This document shows positions 36,765 through 52,086 of a stretch of DNA of 64,000 bases, in pieces (within the stretch, counting starts at the first letter, position 1; each line of letters starts with the position of its first letter). The translations under genes were made by a program, and so were the position numbers. The DNA comes from Octopus sinensis (lineage: Eukaryota): assembly GCF_006345805.1 (NCBI RefSeq), contig NC_043003.1:75578001-75642000 (forward strand). The letters run 5' to 3'. The notes under the pieces are model-generated. The model did not search any database, was not told the origin of the DNA, and worked only from the letters and a program-made list of their open reading frames with translations.

Positions 36765-39700
36765 CGGGGACGTTTAAGATGTAAGAAGGAAAATTCAGAG
36801 GAACACCGGGGACGTTTAAGATGTAAGAAGGAAAATTCAGAGGTACACCGGGGACGTTTTAAGATGTAAGAAGGAAAATTCAGAGCTCCGAAATCTATCC
36901 ACAAACATCGAAAACAAGGACATCCTATGGAGCCAAAGTTTTACTAACAAAGAATTGGACTGTATCCGAGTAAGTAATACTAATTGAAATTTATTACTAT
37001 TTTCGAAACGAAATGATGTATTTTGACTCGATATCATCTCCGCCTCTAACGCAACACATGTAAACATGCGTGGAACATCACGATCATCTCCGACCCCAAA
37101 CACCATGTACAAAGGAACTACGAAGAAATTAAATGCCACCGATACTATTCAACCCAAGAATAACAATCGAGCGGTACGTACATTAAACTTACAACAAAAA
37201 ATGTACGAAAAACTACACGTGCGAAATAATGTGACAACAGAAATAAACGGACCGGTACCCTACGAAAATGACGACCGTCAAAATAATGGGCCGGACGTTG
37301 TACCTCATGTCCCGCAAATAAAACCCCAAAGACGTAAATGGACACGTGAGGAATACATTTCTATCTTACACGCATACTTCACAGCAGTACTCTACCCAAA
37401 AAATGAAAGTACAACAAAACATACATATAAAATATGGAAGGAAAATAATAGAGATATAGACTTGGATAAAGCAATGAATCCTAATAAATTAGCTAACGTA
37501 CGAAGATACATTCTCAACACAAAAAAAATATCAGAAATAGAAATAGAACACCTAAAAGAAAACATACGCCAGGAAAATGTAGATAGAAGCCACACAACAA
37601 TGCCCAATAATATAAATACTGAAACTGTAAAACACGAAGACAAACGCAACATTCTCAACAAACACGATGTAAACAACGAAGGGGAGCCTATTGGTTATGA
37701 TAATATAAAAAATAAAATAATCAAAGAACTGAAAACCACAGAGCTCAAAATGGACCACCGACCATACCTCCCAAGAATCAAAATAAACAAAATAACAACA
37801 CCTATTATACACAGCATAAACCTAGCCATCACTGAACTGATAGCCACTGAATCAAAAAAAAGTGATATCACTGAGCTAAATAACCTAATATACGCAGCAG
37901 CCACTGCAGCCACAAAAGAAGCTGGATACTCACCCAAACCCGCCCAAACAGGAGTACCACCACCCAAACAAACCCTGTGGATAAATAACATCCAAAGCAA
38001 AATATAAAAAAATTAGAAAAGACCTGTCGATTCTTAATGAAATCAGCAAACAATCAACGCTACTGAGCAACAAAAAGAGAACACAATTACTCCGCAAATA
38101 TAACATCACAGAGAAAGATTTGCCTGAAATAAAAGAAAAGCTGAAGCAAGATATACTTGCCAAAGCACAAAGGATCCGCCGGTACAAGAAACGCCAACGC
38201 TTCTTTGAAGAAAACAAAAAGTTCAACTCCAACCCCAAAAAGTTCTACCAAGAACTGGGAAAAAATAAAATAGAAGTCACTGCAGCACCAACGGCAGAAG
38301 AATTGGAAGAATTCTGGAGAGAAATATGGTCGGCGAACGAACCAGCAAAAAAAAAGAGTATCAGAATAACAAACTCGGCATCTGAACAACTTTGGACCCC
38401 CATAACAACTGAAGAGGTCACCCAGGCACTGCAAAGACTAAGCAACTGGAAGGCACCTGGGCATGACAAGATCCCCAACTTCTGGTTGAAATATCTAACA
38501 GGAATGCACAAAAAGCTGGCTGAAAACTTTAACAACGTACTAGTAGAGCCAGAGACAATGCCTGAATGGCTCACGAAGGGGAAAACCATCTTAATACCCA
38601 AATCAAATGAAACAGAAAAACCAGAAAACTACAGACCAATAACCTGCCTCCCTACTATGTTCAAGGCATTTACTGCAGTGATATCACAAAGGCTGAACAA
38701 GCACCTGGACGAAAACAAACTGTTCCCAGAAGAGCAGAAAGGATGCCGCAAAGGCTCATATGGCTGTAAAGATCAACTAATGATTAATAAAGCCATAACT
38801 GAAAACAGCCACATAAAGAAGAAAGGCCTCAGTATGGCCTGGATTGACTACAAAAAGGCGACATCCCCATTAGAAGAGGAATATTCCAGGGAGACACGCT
38901 CTCTCCACTCCTTTTCTGCTTGGCACTGTCACCTCTATCTGATATGCTAAATAGAACTGGATCCGGATATAAATTTTACGGCAAAACGATCAGCCACCTT
39001 TTATATATGGATGACCTAAAACTATACGCTGCAAATGACAAACAGCTGGAAACACTATTAAAGACAGTTCATGGATTTACCAAAGAAATAGATATGAAAT
39101 TTGGATTTAAAAAATGCGCCAAAGTAGCCATGAAAAGAGGAAAACTAGTTAAGAGTAACAACACCACACTAGATAAAACCAATGAAATAAAAGAATTAGA
39201 CCAAAGCCAAACTTACAACTACTTAGGAATCCATGAACTAGATAAGACACAACACACACAAATGAAAGAGAAAATAAAAAAAAGAATATTATAGACGAGT
39301 TAGATCAAATCTAAACACAGAGCTCAATGCTAAAAACAAGATAATAGGTATCAACACTTTAGCTGTCCCAGTTATAAGTTACAGCTACAATATCCTTAAC
39401 TGGACACGAAATGAACTGACCAAAATAGATAGGAAAACATGAAAAATACTGACAGGATCTAGGATGCATCACCCAAAATCTGACATAGAAAGACTATATA
39501 TACAACGTATAGAAGGTGGTAGAGGCCTTATACAGCTGGAAAACTACTATAAAATAACCACCATAGGACTGCAAAAATATCTACTTCAGAAGGAAGGAAA
39601 ACTGATCCAGATAGCGGCAAAACACGAGCAAAACAAAAAACTGTTCTCAGTATTTAAGGAAGCTGACAAATACAAACAAGAAATCATACCACCTAATAAA

Positions 39701-40658
39701 CAGGAAGAAGAAGAAGAAGATGAAGAAACAACAAAAGCTATAAAACAAATGAAATCCAAACTAAAAATAGAACAGCAACGAACCATGATAAAACGATGGC
39801 AAGAAAAGCCCCTTCATGGTAAATACTGGACTAAACTAAACACAAAAGAAATAGACAAAGAAAAATCCCAGCAATGGTTGAGAAGCTCAGGACTCAAAGC
39901 AGAAACAGAGGGATTTTTAATTGCAGCACAAGACCAAAGCCTCCCCACCAGAAATTACCAAAAACATGTAATGAAAAGAAATATTACAAGTAACTGCAGA
40001 ATATGTGGAGATGGACAAGAAACAATAAATCATATTATCTCTAGCTGCCCAGTCCTGGCTAAGAAGGAATATATTCACATACATGACAGAGTTGGAACCT
40101 ACATACATTGGAAGCTATGCCAACATTATGGAATAACAACAGAAAAAAGATGGTATAGGCACACACCAGAAAAGGTCACAGAAAACGAGAAAGCAACCAT
40201 ACTCTGGGATATGCTGATGCACACAGATAGAGAAATTAAGGCCAACATACCAGATATAGTTGTCAGAGATCATGAAGAAAAAAAATGCTTTCTAATTGAT
40301 GTATCAATACCGGCTGATGACAACGTGTCTCTAAAAGAAATGGAGAAACTCTCAAAATACAAAGACCTGGAAACAGAGGTAACTAGAATGTGGAATCTGA
40401 AAACAGAAACAATTCCTATCATAGTAGGTGCATTAGGCATGATAAAAAAATATTCAGACAAATACATAACAAAAACACCAGGACTTACAAACACATATAC
40501 CATACAGAAAATTGCACTACTAGGCACTGCACACATCCTACGCAGAGCACTTTCCATACAATAGCCATCAGAGCATCACAACAAATCACAGCACATACCC
40601 AAGGCACACAGAGCTGCGCTCGGTAGTGAAGTGAAAGCACGCTATAAAAATAAAACTA

Positions 40659-40662
<4 letters not shown>
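36763..40662 (+). mobile_element. near full-length R4/Dong-type RLE LINE in (TAA)n
   Basis: (TAA)n on both flanks. RT motifs WKAPGHDKI, YRPITCLP, EEQKG, WIDYKKA and HLLYMDDLKLY, followed by GGRGL, CCHC (CRIC..ETINHIISSC) and RLE (PDIV..IDVSIP..K..KY). Confidence 0.95.
37066..40564 (+). pseudogene. disrupted single ORF (RT-CCHC-RLE) of the Dong/R4 element
   Basis: Split into 37066..38007, 38120..38950, 38920..39294 and 39464..40564. A deletion near 38860 joins DYKKA directly to IRRGIFQGD. Confidence 0.92.
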
Positions 40663-40736
<74 letters not shown>

Positions 40737-40737
<1 letters not shown>

Positions 40738-40910
40738 ACCTTCAAGATCATGCGCAGTTTATTTTGATATGAGATCACCATGTTGCACACATATGGTTGT
40801 GATGCATGTGCCTGCTGTACCCTTATCAGGCGGGTAGTCATGATGGGTATACTGGGCTTCGTATATTTTACCCCGGTTTCACTTTGATGGCATGCACTGC
40901 TCTCTCACCC
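40737..40910 (+). mobile_element. about 175-bp insert within (TAA)n, probably the 3' UTR of another TAA-targeting LINE
   Basis: Unique sequence bounded by (TAA)n on both sides. Identity is inferred only from the target. Confidence 0.4.
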
Positions 40911-42101
40911 AATAATAATAATAATAATAAAAATAATAATAATAATAATAGGAGGAAAATGGGAATTCGTATGATTAATACATTTTAAGTGATGATCAAA
41001 ATAACTACAAAAAAAACAAGAAAAATAGGAAATAACGTCTATAACGATGAACGGTGTGTGGAACGCCGACAAAGATATAGCTGATTAGGAAAAGTAGATT
41101 AAATATATTAGGAGAGAATATATTTGAGTACTTTTCTATTGATATGCTAGCATAAGAAGTTTCAATCTAAATTGGATCATGAAAATGGCAAAAATATATT
41201 AGTGCTGTTCAGTGTATCTGATGCTCATAGGAAGATCAGAAAACATCATTTTTGTAGTGTTCATACAAACATGTGTACATGATAATGGTCAACTGACGCA
41301 AACTCTGGTGAACGTGACAACAATGTCATTGAGGGTTATTAATGATACTAATTACGGTATTGGTCAACCCCATTCTGTATTACCAGTGTATTTTGAGATT
41401 GCAGTATTTCCCTTTCAAACACACATGAATGCATTTGGAGCGCCAAATGTTGTCATACAAATTATATTCAAATATGTGCATCATTTAGATGTAGATGTGT
41501 GCATATATATATATATGTGTGTGTGTGCGTGTGCATAGACATACATATGCAGGAAGCGGAGGCGTAATTGTGTGTGTTTGTGAGTCTTACTGACCGTGTC
41601 TGTCTCCCATCAACGTCAACTGAAGTGTTTTGCTGAAGATCAATTCGCATTGTTCGATTCGGGAATTGAAACCACCTTCGTACTTTCATGCTACACCGAA
41701 TCAACTAAATCCCGTGCATCCTCACACACACACACACGCACACACACACACACACATACATACATGTGTCTGTATAAGTGTATGTTAGCGTGTGTGTGTT
41801 GTGTGTACATGAAGTAATGTGAGTATAACAAATAACTTTTGATTCTGATTTAAATTAAAATTGCACAACAGTAGAAACAAACAAAAGATGACTGTTACGT
41901 GAATGATATATGTGAATTTAAATACACTAACCACATTTTTATAGTACTTTAATACGTAAAATCTATTAAGATTTTCAATTAATTTCTCATTTTTATTAAT
42001 GCTACAAGTATAGTAATTTACGACTTTATTTTATTTATAATATTTTATTTTTGTTTGTATTTTATCGTAATCAACAACCGAATTTAGAAAAGCAGAAAAT
42101 G

Positions 42102-42148
<47 letters not shown>

Positions 42149-42228
42149 ATTTCATTATTCTTTCCGCAAGTTTTTAAACAAGCATTTTGTACTTCTTTTT
42201 TTAGTATCATTAAATTTAGTTGATTTAC

Positions 42229-42299
<71 letters not shown>

Positions 42300-43231
42300 T
42301 CGTTGTCATCATCATCATTACATAAGATAGTTTTGCTCTCGTATTGCAAGCTTCAGTGTCAGTTACACTGAGTTTTAACTTTGCTTTTGATTCGAACGTT
42401 TTTTCCCAAAATATGTAAATATGGCTCATTTCCTAACATGTTCCAATCTCCAGACGTGTGTCTAGCTTAGATCAATTGCCTGTAAACTGTTTGTGAGGTT
42501 TAAGCAGACAAATATTGAATATGTTACAGTTATATTGCTGTTGACAAATTGTAACCATGCTTATAGGTTATTGTATTCAGAATGGATTGTCTCATAACAT
42601 GAGCTTTTCAGCGGTTACAAATAATAGCATTAGCATGAGCAGCATTTTTCAGTTGAAATATTTTCCTAATCTGTTATTATCTTACTTTCGAAATTGTTCA
42701 ATTTAGTGTAATCTATTTGCGTAGGATTATTTTATACTGTTGATTTCAAATATGAATGAAATTGTGCTTCCTGTGACTAAAGAATCTTGTAACGCATTGA
42801 AAAAAATTAAACGGGTATATTTTTTGCATATTCTTTCTTACTGTTCGATTTAAAATATGAACTTTATATATCAGAAATTATTATCTCCCTTACAAATATG
42901 ACCACCCGTGGGCTCGTGTTGAAATACTATGGCTGTGAATTCTAATCCATATACACACAACTGATGGCTACTGCCAAGATGTTATGTGCCCGAAAAAATG
43001 GGTCTGCTAGCACATAGCGAAGGTTAAACAACTTAGGAATACCAGCGGGAATCCATCTACTATGCTCGATATGAAAGCATAAAAACTGATTTGTGAAATT
43101 CGTTCAAGACAATTATAACTACATTCCTGAACTTCTTTAAAAGGCAGATATTCCTTAGAAATATTCAATCTGTATGTACAAGTATCCTCTCTTTCTTTCT
43201 TTCGTTTTTCTTCCTTTCTTTCTCTCTCCCG

Positions 43232-43265
<34 letters not shown>

Positions 43266-46200
43266 TCTATCTTCTCTTTTACTTGCTGAACTAGGAACGA
43301 TTTATGAAGAAAGGGAAGGAAAAGAGACGCATACTAAACTGTCTCGCTTTGTAAAATGTTTACTTTTTAGTGACAGCTATTCGTCTAGTTATAGTGACTA
43401 CTATGCTATACTAACTATAACAAATAAGTAATGGCGCTTTACAAGTCTACCTCTCATTAAAATCTTTTGTAGGTTTTTGTAAAGAGTAGAAAACATTAAA
43501 TAGGTCTACTCTGTACATTTCTTTTTTTAGTTTTCTATTTCAACTCAGATATCTAACCTCGTAATTATTTATGGGAAGACATTATCTCCCTTAGAATAAC
43601 TGTCTCCAGCGTACCACGCAAATCATTATATTTATCGCTTATAGACAAGTCTGTTTGCATTTTCAGCGAAAACATGGGAGAATTCTATGTTTGTCAGAGA
43701 AAAATATGCTAAAGAAAAAGAACCTTTATAGTCGGACTATTTTTATACTATTGTAGTAATAACAATATTTTTAATAAAAGGGAAAGAAAGTGTGTTCCTT
43801 TATGCAGAAAGAATGAATTTGACTTGAGGTGGAAATATCCTATATATTAATCCAGGAACATAATCCTCAAATCTGCCATACTTTGAATTGCACTAAGAGC
43901 AGCTGATGTCCAGGTATAATGCTAAAGCAGACACTGAATTACGTCCAGAATACAGTCCTACAGGCTTTCCTTCACTAGACTCTTACAAGAATTTGTTTAA
44001 TTTCTTTCACAAAGCTTGCGACAACGTTTACCTAACTTTGATGGCAATCTGTACATGTTTACGTAGGGGACAACTGAGCTGATTACCACACGATTCCAAA
44101 ACGCACCTAATGTCTACGATTAGCAGGTTGACGCACGGTTCTATGTTTAACCTTATTTGAAACAAATACTCTTTAGTAAATATTAGATATCGTATGCGAG
44201 TTAAATCCCTGTAAATCTTGGGTTGTTAAGCTAAACAGGCGACTGACTCGTACCTGTCCAAAATTTTCAATACCTTAGTGGAAAAATCTGTTGACACTGC
44301 AATAAATATGGACTCTGGAATATTTAGCTGAGGGTCAAATGTGGATTCTTGGTCACACCAATGTATTGTAACTTGATTGACTACGTGGCACACGCGCACA
44401 AATATTTACAAATATGTACACATATACTTAGTATATGCATGCACAAACAAGCATATATATAGCCGGCGCAAAACTTACTCGGAACCTTTTAAAACATCAC
44501 AGCGCATGTTTAATACATAATATAAATTAAAAGAGAGTAGGTTGACAACACATGGCTAAACACATTAGGCCCATTCGCCCTAATCGTAACTATACCCACA
44601 ATTCATATTTGAATCAAGAACTGGATTAGAAGTTATATGAATTATATGTAGGATCTGAGCCTATGAAAAAACTAAATTAACCAGAATTAGACTTAAGTGA
44701 AAAACATCTAAATGAACAAGCAAAGAGTATATAGAAAAACGTAAACTAATACTCACATATAGATCATCATATTCATCGCATAGCAACACCACCAAAAACA
44801 AATCCAGTAGCAACAAAGACATCGACGTTGACAACAATCGAAAGTATTATAGGATTATAGTAGTAGTCAGCCCGCTTCTCCCACACTACACTGTGGCAAC
44901 CATTAATTACAATCACACAGAAATACTTAGAATGTTTAAGAAGGAAAAACTGTCAAATAGAAATTTCTTCGAACTATCAGAAGGATATTGAAATAATTTT
45001 AATTCACTAAAAGTGGTGTGGGAAGATATGCTGCATTTGGTCCAAAACATTAATTCTAAAGTTTTCCCTGTTAAAACGGGCATAAAACGCGGTTTCTCAA
45101 TTAGAAGTGGAAGTAGTAAAAGAGACAGCGAGAAACTATCGATTGAGACAGAACTAACGTACAAGATTTTTGATATAATTGTCTGCAGTGTCATTGCAGA
45201 CAAGGTGTACAATATAATCAGAGGCAAACATCCGGAGCCAGGCCGGATCTCTAAATTGCAAAATAAAAGTCTCTTTCTTCGAAGAGCTATTTCACTCATT
45301 ATCATAGTTAACACTGTCAATAAATTCCAAAATATCTGAATCAATTAACATATAAATTAGGAAAGCAGTTTGGAGGGCTCAAAAAGTAAAAACCGTAAAT
45401 TCCAACCTTCATCAGCTGAAGCAATAGCTGACAGCTACAGAAATTAAAATATAATTTGCATATAAACGGAAAATAATGAATAGACTTTTTGCAAGAAATT
45501 CCAAATCAGTTTATCGTAGCTTCAAAACTTAACACGATAGCAGTAGAAAACATACCATCGATATAACATGTTGAATGGTATTGCAGATCAGTATGGGAGT
45601 AGAATGTTAAATTGAACGAACATGCTGAATTAGGATTGGAATACTGGAAATGCTTTAAGAAAAAATTAAGCGATCGACGATGCAGTAATAGAGATAGTCT
45701 TGAACAAAATACCCACCAGGAAATCTCTTCTACCAGGTCTTGTCATAGGATATTTCGTAAGATTTTATTAGGAAGACAACTGAAGGGATGTTAAACCTAC
45801 CTACATGGATATCAATAACCTTCATCCTTCTCAAACCTTTGTAGCTAAATATTACCGCCCATTAGACTGCCAAAACATTATGTATAAGATGTGCATATGG
45901 TGTTTCAATCTATTTCTACAGTACTATTGTACAAATTACAATATTATAAGCCATTAAGCAGTTTATGAAAAGTAAGTAGTGTGATGAAGATTGAGCACCT
46001 AGTAATTAATGCAAAAAATGTTTCTAGGAAAATTCGAAAAACAAAAGGAAAAAAAAAACAAAAAAAAAACAACTCAGAAATTGGCTGTGGTACGGCTGGA
46101 CACTAAAAAGGGGTTTTTTTAAGCATACTTAATAGGCGGGCCAACAAAGCAGTCAATTAGCCAAAGTATCACAACCGAAACCCCTCCCTCCTTCTTAAAG

Positions 46201-48142
46201 GTGTCAACAAGCAAATCAAATCTTGCAACAAACACTACCAAAACGTTTTCCCTCAAGGTAATAAAGTATCAATATAGCTCTTTTTCTTTCATTGAACCCC
46301 CTATAATACCTGATCCCCACACATTAACTATAGAAATGGCTCCTGTAACATTTCTCACATTTTTTTTTTGTTGATGTCTCAAATATTAATCAGTACAAAA
46401 AACAACTGGATTTCAGTACTCAGTTCATTGGAATGAATTTTGTTTAGGCTAAATGTGCACTATGGGTGAGAAAATGTGGTAAACCTTTGCCCTCTTCAAG
46501 AAATTAACGTAAATGAATTAACAATAAAGCATTCTCTGTTGAAAGCCATAATTCTTATGAACAGTTTGAGAATGTCATCTACGAGAGACTCTTCAATTAT
46601 AAGGAGATAATGTATTATTACTTTGGGCGAGTTATTCAGTTATTTCTTCTGAACTCTCAGCTTATTCCAAGCTTTTCACTCACAGCACCTTTGCAGTAAC
46701 CATCCATACACTCGCACTTGGGCTTCTGATCTGATCTCTGCAAGAGCTCAATAAAACTTCAACTTAGTAAATTGTTGCGTTACTTGAAATTTCAACATCA
46801 ATGGAGATGTAAACAATCTAGACTTGTCACGCAAGGATGTTGGTCGTGTTCTTAATACTGCATTGTCATACGAACACGAGTGTGACACTGGCGCAACATC
46901 TGCTGCAGTGGAAAGAAGCCAGCCACCAATTTTATCCAAGTTGTGAACACCAAAACCAAACTTATGAACATGAAAATTAGCATGAAATATTCATCTCTTT
47001 TTCATGGTAACACAATTTAAAAAAGAAGTAGTTGCTACAATAATCTCTCTTGTTCATGCATGTTTGTGCATTGTTCCAAAGATCAGTAATATTTTTTTAA
47101 AGTATTTATTGTTGATTGTTGTGGTTTTTGGTGTTTGATTTTGCTGCCTTGTAACAGTTTTGTTAACTCTGTTCCCCTTATTTGAAGAGGGCAGTATTGT
47201 TTAGAAAATAATTATTGATAAATTATGAGAACTTAAGCCCTGGAGAACGTAGACAGAAAAATGGACTTCGCAACGATGGACACAAGCCACCAAAAATAGA
47301 TTAATTTACAAGAAATCGGAAAACATAAAAATATATTAAGAAGGGACGAACACAATATGAAGGTGTCCCCTCCCTAAGAAGCAATGCAAAGTGAGGAGAA
47401 AATAAAAATTTACTGAATATTTTCTGTGAAGAATCAGAAAATTTAGGTAATGAAGTTTGCCCAATATGGAGAGAAATTGTTTACCTCAACACAGGTCGAA
47501 AGTTTGGAACTGTGGAGGTGCAATTACGAGATGCAGCGACCACCAAGCTACACTCAGCAGCCGCTTTAAAAACTGAGATATTGTTTCTATCCATATACCT
47601 CGGAAGGCGTGATTCCAGGGTAAGGATAGAAGATATAACCCCAGAAACAGACTAGCTTGCTTAGTGGACGATATCCTGCTAGGCTTGAGGAGGAGCTGGT
47701 TACCCTCCAAGTCACTTGTTCTGCCCACACGAATTGGCACGGGTAGGGTTTCCATATATATATATGCAACGACTAAAAAATATGAGGAGAACGTGAAATA
47801 CGTGGCCAGGAACATAGATACTAGTGAGATGTCCACAGAGTCAAATTAAATTAAAACAAACTATGTGGTAGACATTTTACAATATTTAACATGTTAAAAA
47901 ATTTGAAAGAAAGAAAATAGTTATGAAACCCAGAAAATAAAAGGATAAAATTGTAAGGTTAATTGAAGGCGCCCGGACGTGGGGTCGAACGGCTTAATTT
48001 CGCTGTTCCTTGTAATTTTATTATACTTTTATTCATTCTTACATCCGATTTTGTGTCCCCTCTTACCTTGTACTGTATTGTTTCTATATTTTCTGCCCCC
48101 TATATATTTATTCCTATGTGATTCGCTGTTACAATCATCTGA

Positions 48143-49238
48143 AATGGAACTGTCAAAGTGTGATATTCGAGCAATTTTGCTATTCAACCTCAAAAAAGAA
48201 CGTAAACATCTGAAACTGCTCGCGATATCAATGAAACATTTGGTGAGGAAATGAACAGTGAGTAGTTAGCTCGAAAATGGTTTAAACGATTTCGCAGAGG
48301 AGAGCCGAGCCTTGAAGAACGTGCGCATAGTGGACGTCTATTTGTCATTGATGACGATCAATTAAAACCGTCACTGGGAAAGATCCAAGTAAAACCACTC
48401 GAGAACTGGCAAAATAATTTCAAGTTAGCCAGAACACTGCCTGCAACCATTTGCATGCGATCGGAAAATTAAAACAGCTCAACAAATGTGTTCTCCATGA
48501 TTTAAATGAAAATTAGAAAATGTGCAGATATGATATTTGCTCGTCGCTTCTTCTGTATAACTAGACCGATCCATTTCTCGACCGTATTGTAACTAGTGAT
48601 GAAAAGTGGATTCTGTATAATAATAAAAAACATTCTTCGCAGTGGTTGGACCAAAGTGAAGCACCGAAAGCCATCCCTAAACTGAAATTCTTCAAAAATA
48701 GGGTTATGGTGACTTTTTGGTGGTGTACTGCTGGACTCGCCCACTACGCTTTTTAAAACCAGGAAAAACCATTACTGCACAAATATATTGCCATGAAATT
48801 GCCAAAATGAACGAAAATCTGCTACTCCTCCGTTCCAGGCAGGTCAAAAGAAGAGGACCCATCTTTCTTCATGACAATTCTCGACCACACGTTTCACTAA
48901 TGATGCTACAAAAGTTGAGGGAACTTGGCTACGAAGTTCTTCTCCACCCAGTTTATTCCACAGACCCTTCTCCTACCGATACATTTTTCCAATCACCTTG
49001 ATGGTTTCCTGCGAGAGAAGGAAATCAAAAATCAAACTGATGATGAAAGTGTGTTCAAAGAGTTCATCAGTGCCTGAACACCAGATTTTTATGCTACCGA
49101 AATAAACAAACTTGGCAAAAAAATGTGTTGATTGTAATTGTACTTAGTTTGATGAATAAAATTTCCGCATTGTTGAATATATATTGTGATGTCTTTCATG
49201 TTTCAAAACGGTGCTTACTTTTTACTCTGCCTGACATA
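48143..49238 (+). mobile_element. mariner (DD34D) transposon, pseudogenised
   Basis: MELSKCDIRAILLF, RKWFKRFR, DPFLDRIVTSDEKWILYNN, HDNSRPHVS and HPVYSTDPSPTD, with multiple stops and frameshifts. Confidence 0.93.
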
Positions 49239-49239
49239 C

Positions 49240-49269
<30 letters not shown>

Positions 49270-49270
<1 letters not shown>

Positions 49271-50455
49271 CTAAACTGAATTATAGCCCGGCGTTAACAA
49301 AGTTTTGATGTAGTTTCAAACTATGAAGAAAATTATGGTGTGGCGATGCTCGAGTTTGCTCTGAATGTCCTGAAAATATGTAATGCCGACTTCAATTGTT
49401 GGTATTGTTGGTTAATATTACTTCTATTAACATTATGGAGAAAACAATTACCCGTAGATTTAAAGCAAAATGAAGCTCAAGTTTCGAACTGCACTGAAAA
49501 TCTATTAAGAAGTCAGCACTGCAACAGTATTCATTAAGAAAAAGTACAGGAAAATCCAAAACGTTAGTAAGAGCAGTTTGTGGTTACAAAGAAAAACAGA
49601 AAAATGTAATTTTGAAGCCAAACGGGTGGACAACAAGAATCGTGGAGGTAGCTGTAATATGAATAAAATCGACTATTTTGCATCACGTATAACTAAAACA
49701 ATCTGTAAAAATACCCATTGAAGGTTTGAGTTGAACGTCGTATATAGTAACAGCGTGCAGATCGCACAACTGCTACGACTGCCATACCCACAAATAAGAA
49801 TCACTTAAACCGACAAAAAAGAAAAGCCGTTACCATTGCATCTTCTCATTCAACTGAGTATGATGGCGAGACATCGATTCAAGGCAGCAGTAATGCCTCT
49901 GCAAATGCATTCCCACAGGCTGCGCTGATTAACGAAAATGTTCGGCATCAGAACGAAGGAAATGCAACGATTAATGCAGATTTACAAGCCGCTGACAAAC
50001 ATAATCGGCATAGACTTCGTCTTCACCGAAAAGCTACAGCTGCACGTGCTACAAGAGCTGCTGAAAACTTCATCAGAGTAATGAACGAAGCATAAAATTC
50101 TTTTCGACCCTTTAGAATTGGAATTTTTGAAAAGTAAAACTTTTGCATTATGTAGCTTGTTATTCTCTTTAAGCCAACATTTTTCTGGTTGAAATACACC
50201 GAAAAATGGCAACACAGCAGGCAATAAATTGTAAAAAAATAGGGGTTTTCATAGAAAAAAATCACCTTTTTGATGTAAATAATTTTTGGTCCTAACATGG
50301 TTCGATTTTATTTTTTTCTTCTACAGAATGAAGATCAAGCCTTCTTCTATCATACTCTCAATTTTAGTCAACTTTTGCCGCAGGGTCTCGAAGGAGATAG
50401 TGTTAGTTGAAGGGTAACCAAAGCTGCCACACACACACACACACACGCACGCACG

Positions 50456-50503
<48 letters not shown>

Positions 50504-50532
50504 ACTTCAGCTCTCTATATATAAATATAGAA
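49270..50532 (-). mobile_element. non-autonomous Helitron-like element
   Basis: The minus strand begins TCTATATTTATATATAGAGAGCTGAAGTTGTCTG(TG)n and ends ..ACGCCGGGCTATAATTCAGTTTAG. This resembles TC-start, microsatellite-containing Helitron derivatives with a partial 3' hairpin. Confidence 0.5.
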
Positions 50533-50539
50533 GCATTTA

Positions 50540-50953
50540 TACATAGGGTATGGAACCCTTAACTTTATTCCTATGCCAATAAACAATAACTGATACAGAA
50601 TATACAATCCAAAAATAAAAGTATTTTAAAATCATTAAAAAAGCATCAACTCGATTATGGTTGGGACGTAACTCAAAGTAGCTGTCCTCAGCTTCCACCA
50701 CGGTCTCAAGACGGCTTCAGAAAAGAGGCAGGTATTACTCACTGAATACATGGGAAGATCTACGAAGACCTTGATCTTGGTCACCAGCTAGCTCTTGATG
50801 TTGTAGGCATCTTCCATTCCTCCATGTAGTTTTTCTCAACAGCATATTCAAAATTCATGCTCTCAAATGTCGTGAACCGTTCACCAATACATCAAGCAAT
50901 TCCGGAAAAAAGAACACATAAATAATGGTCAAATTTATGTCGCACTCCCTGTA
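50540..50953 (-). mobile_element. Tc1/mariner-superfamily remnant
   Basis: Minus-strand SRLETVVEAEDSYF C-terminus. The right end reads TACAGGGAGTGCGACATAAATTTGACC, similar to the TIR at 24941. Confidence 0.5.
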
Positions 50954-52014
50954 AGATATTTGGAGTTTTTATTAAATGTGAAATTAAATTTTCTACTGTT
51001 AGTAGAAAATGGTAACTCTTTAATTTAAAACTTCCATGTCCCACGCATCTTTCTTTTTTTGCCGAAGCTAGAATACGTAAGCCAACACCGTGACCAGCAT
51101 ATGTTTCATTCTTTTATTTGGCAAGGTGTGATACAATAGAGAAGATGCTGTTATTACCAAAACGGATTACGCGTAACGACCACGTACTTGAAACATTGAA
51201 GCTTAAAAGGTACACACCATACAAGAGAAATGGCAATTAAAAACTCAGAATGGAAAGAAATCCACAAGAAATTTTGATATGCAAGGGTAACGTTTGTGGT
51301 GCTGTTGTCAGTGGTTAATATAAAAGCACTGATAAGAAGAGAAAGAAACGGATCAGATGTTTGAAAGTAATTGCTTTCTTTTCATTGGAATTTATGCCAG
51401 TAAGATAGATCATTGGTGAAGCAAACACTTACTATTTATATGTTAGAAAAAAAAAAAGGCTAGACAGAATTAATTTAAGATTATCCAAAACATAAGTCCA
51501 TATTTATCTCAGAATCACAAAGGAACTATTATACGAGTGAATATCTTGGATAGAATTTACTTCAACTGAACAAACATTCTTGATTTTATAGCCACAAAAA
51601 ATGTTCTGTGTAAATACCAAATAAATTACTGCGGTTCTTTAAGGATATGACGAATTCTCAGCCAAATACATTCTTCTAATTTTTAGATCTCATCGTCCAT
51701 TGAAAAACATGCCACTGCATAAAGCTGCTTTAACATGTAATGCACTCACGGAGAAATAAATCACTGGAGTGCTGACATGTTAAACCTTTTTCCATATTGA
51801 CCGGAAGACATTTTATCAATCTTGCAACAACAATACTCAATGAATAGGGATCAAAACTTAAAGTTAGCTCGTTGTCCAACCCGTAACACAGAACAGTTTA
51901 TTGAGTTAAAATGAAGTAATTATCTACGTATGTATGTATGAATGTATACATGTATGTATGTATTTATATATATACACAAACATATATATGCTTATACACG
52001 TATAAATACATACT

Positions 52015-52086
<72 letters not shown>

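Noticed and set aside
36763-36890. CRISPR-like direct repeats
   Set aside because: Only 4-nt linkers, no unique spacers or cas genes, and a eukaryotic LINE 5' end.
44560-46000. Possible old LINE or host exon (ORF 45013..45339)
   Set aside because: Only faint RT-like words and many stops; no call can be supported.
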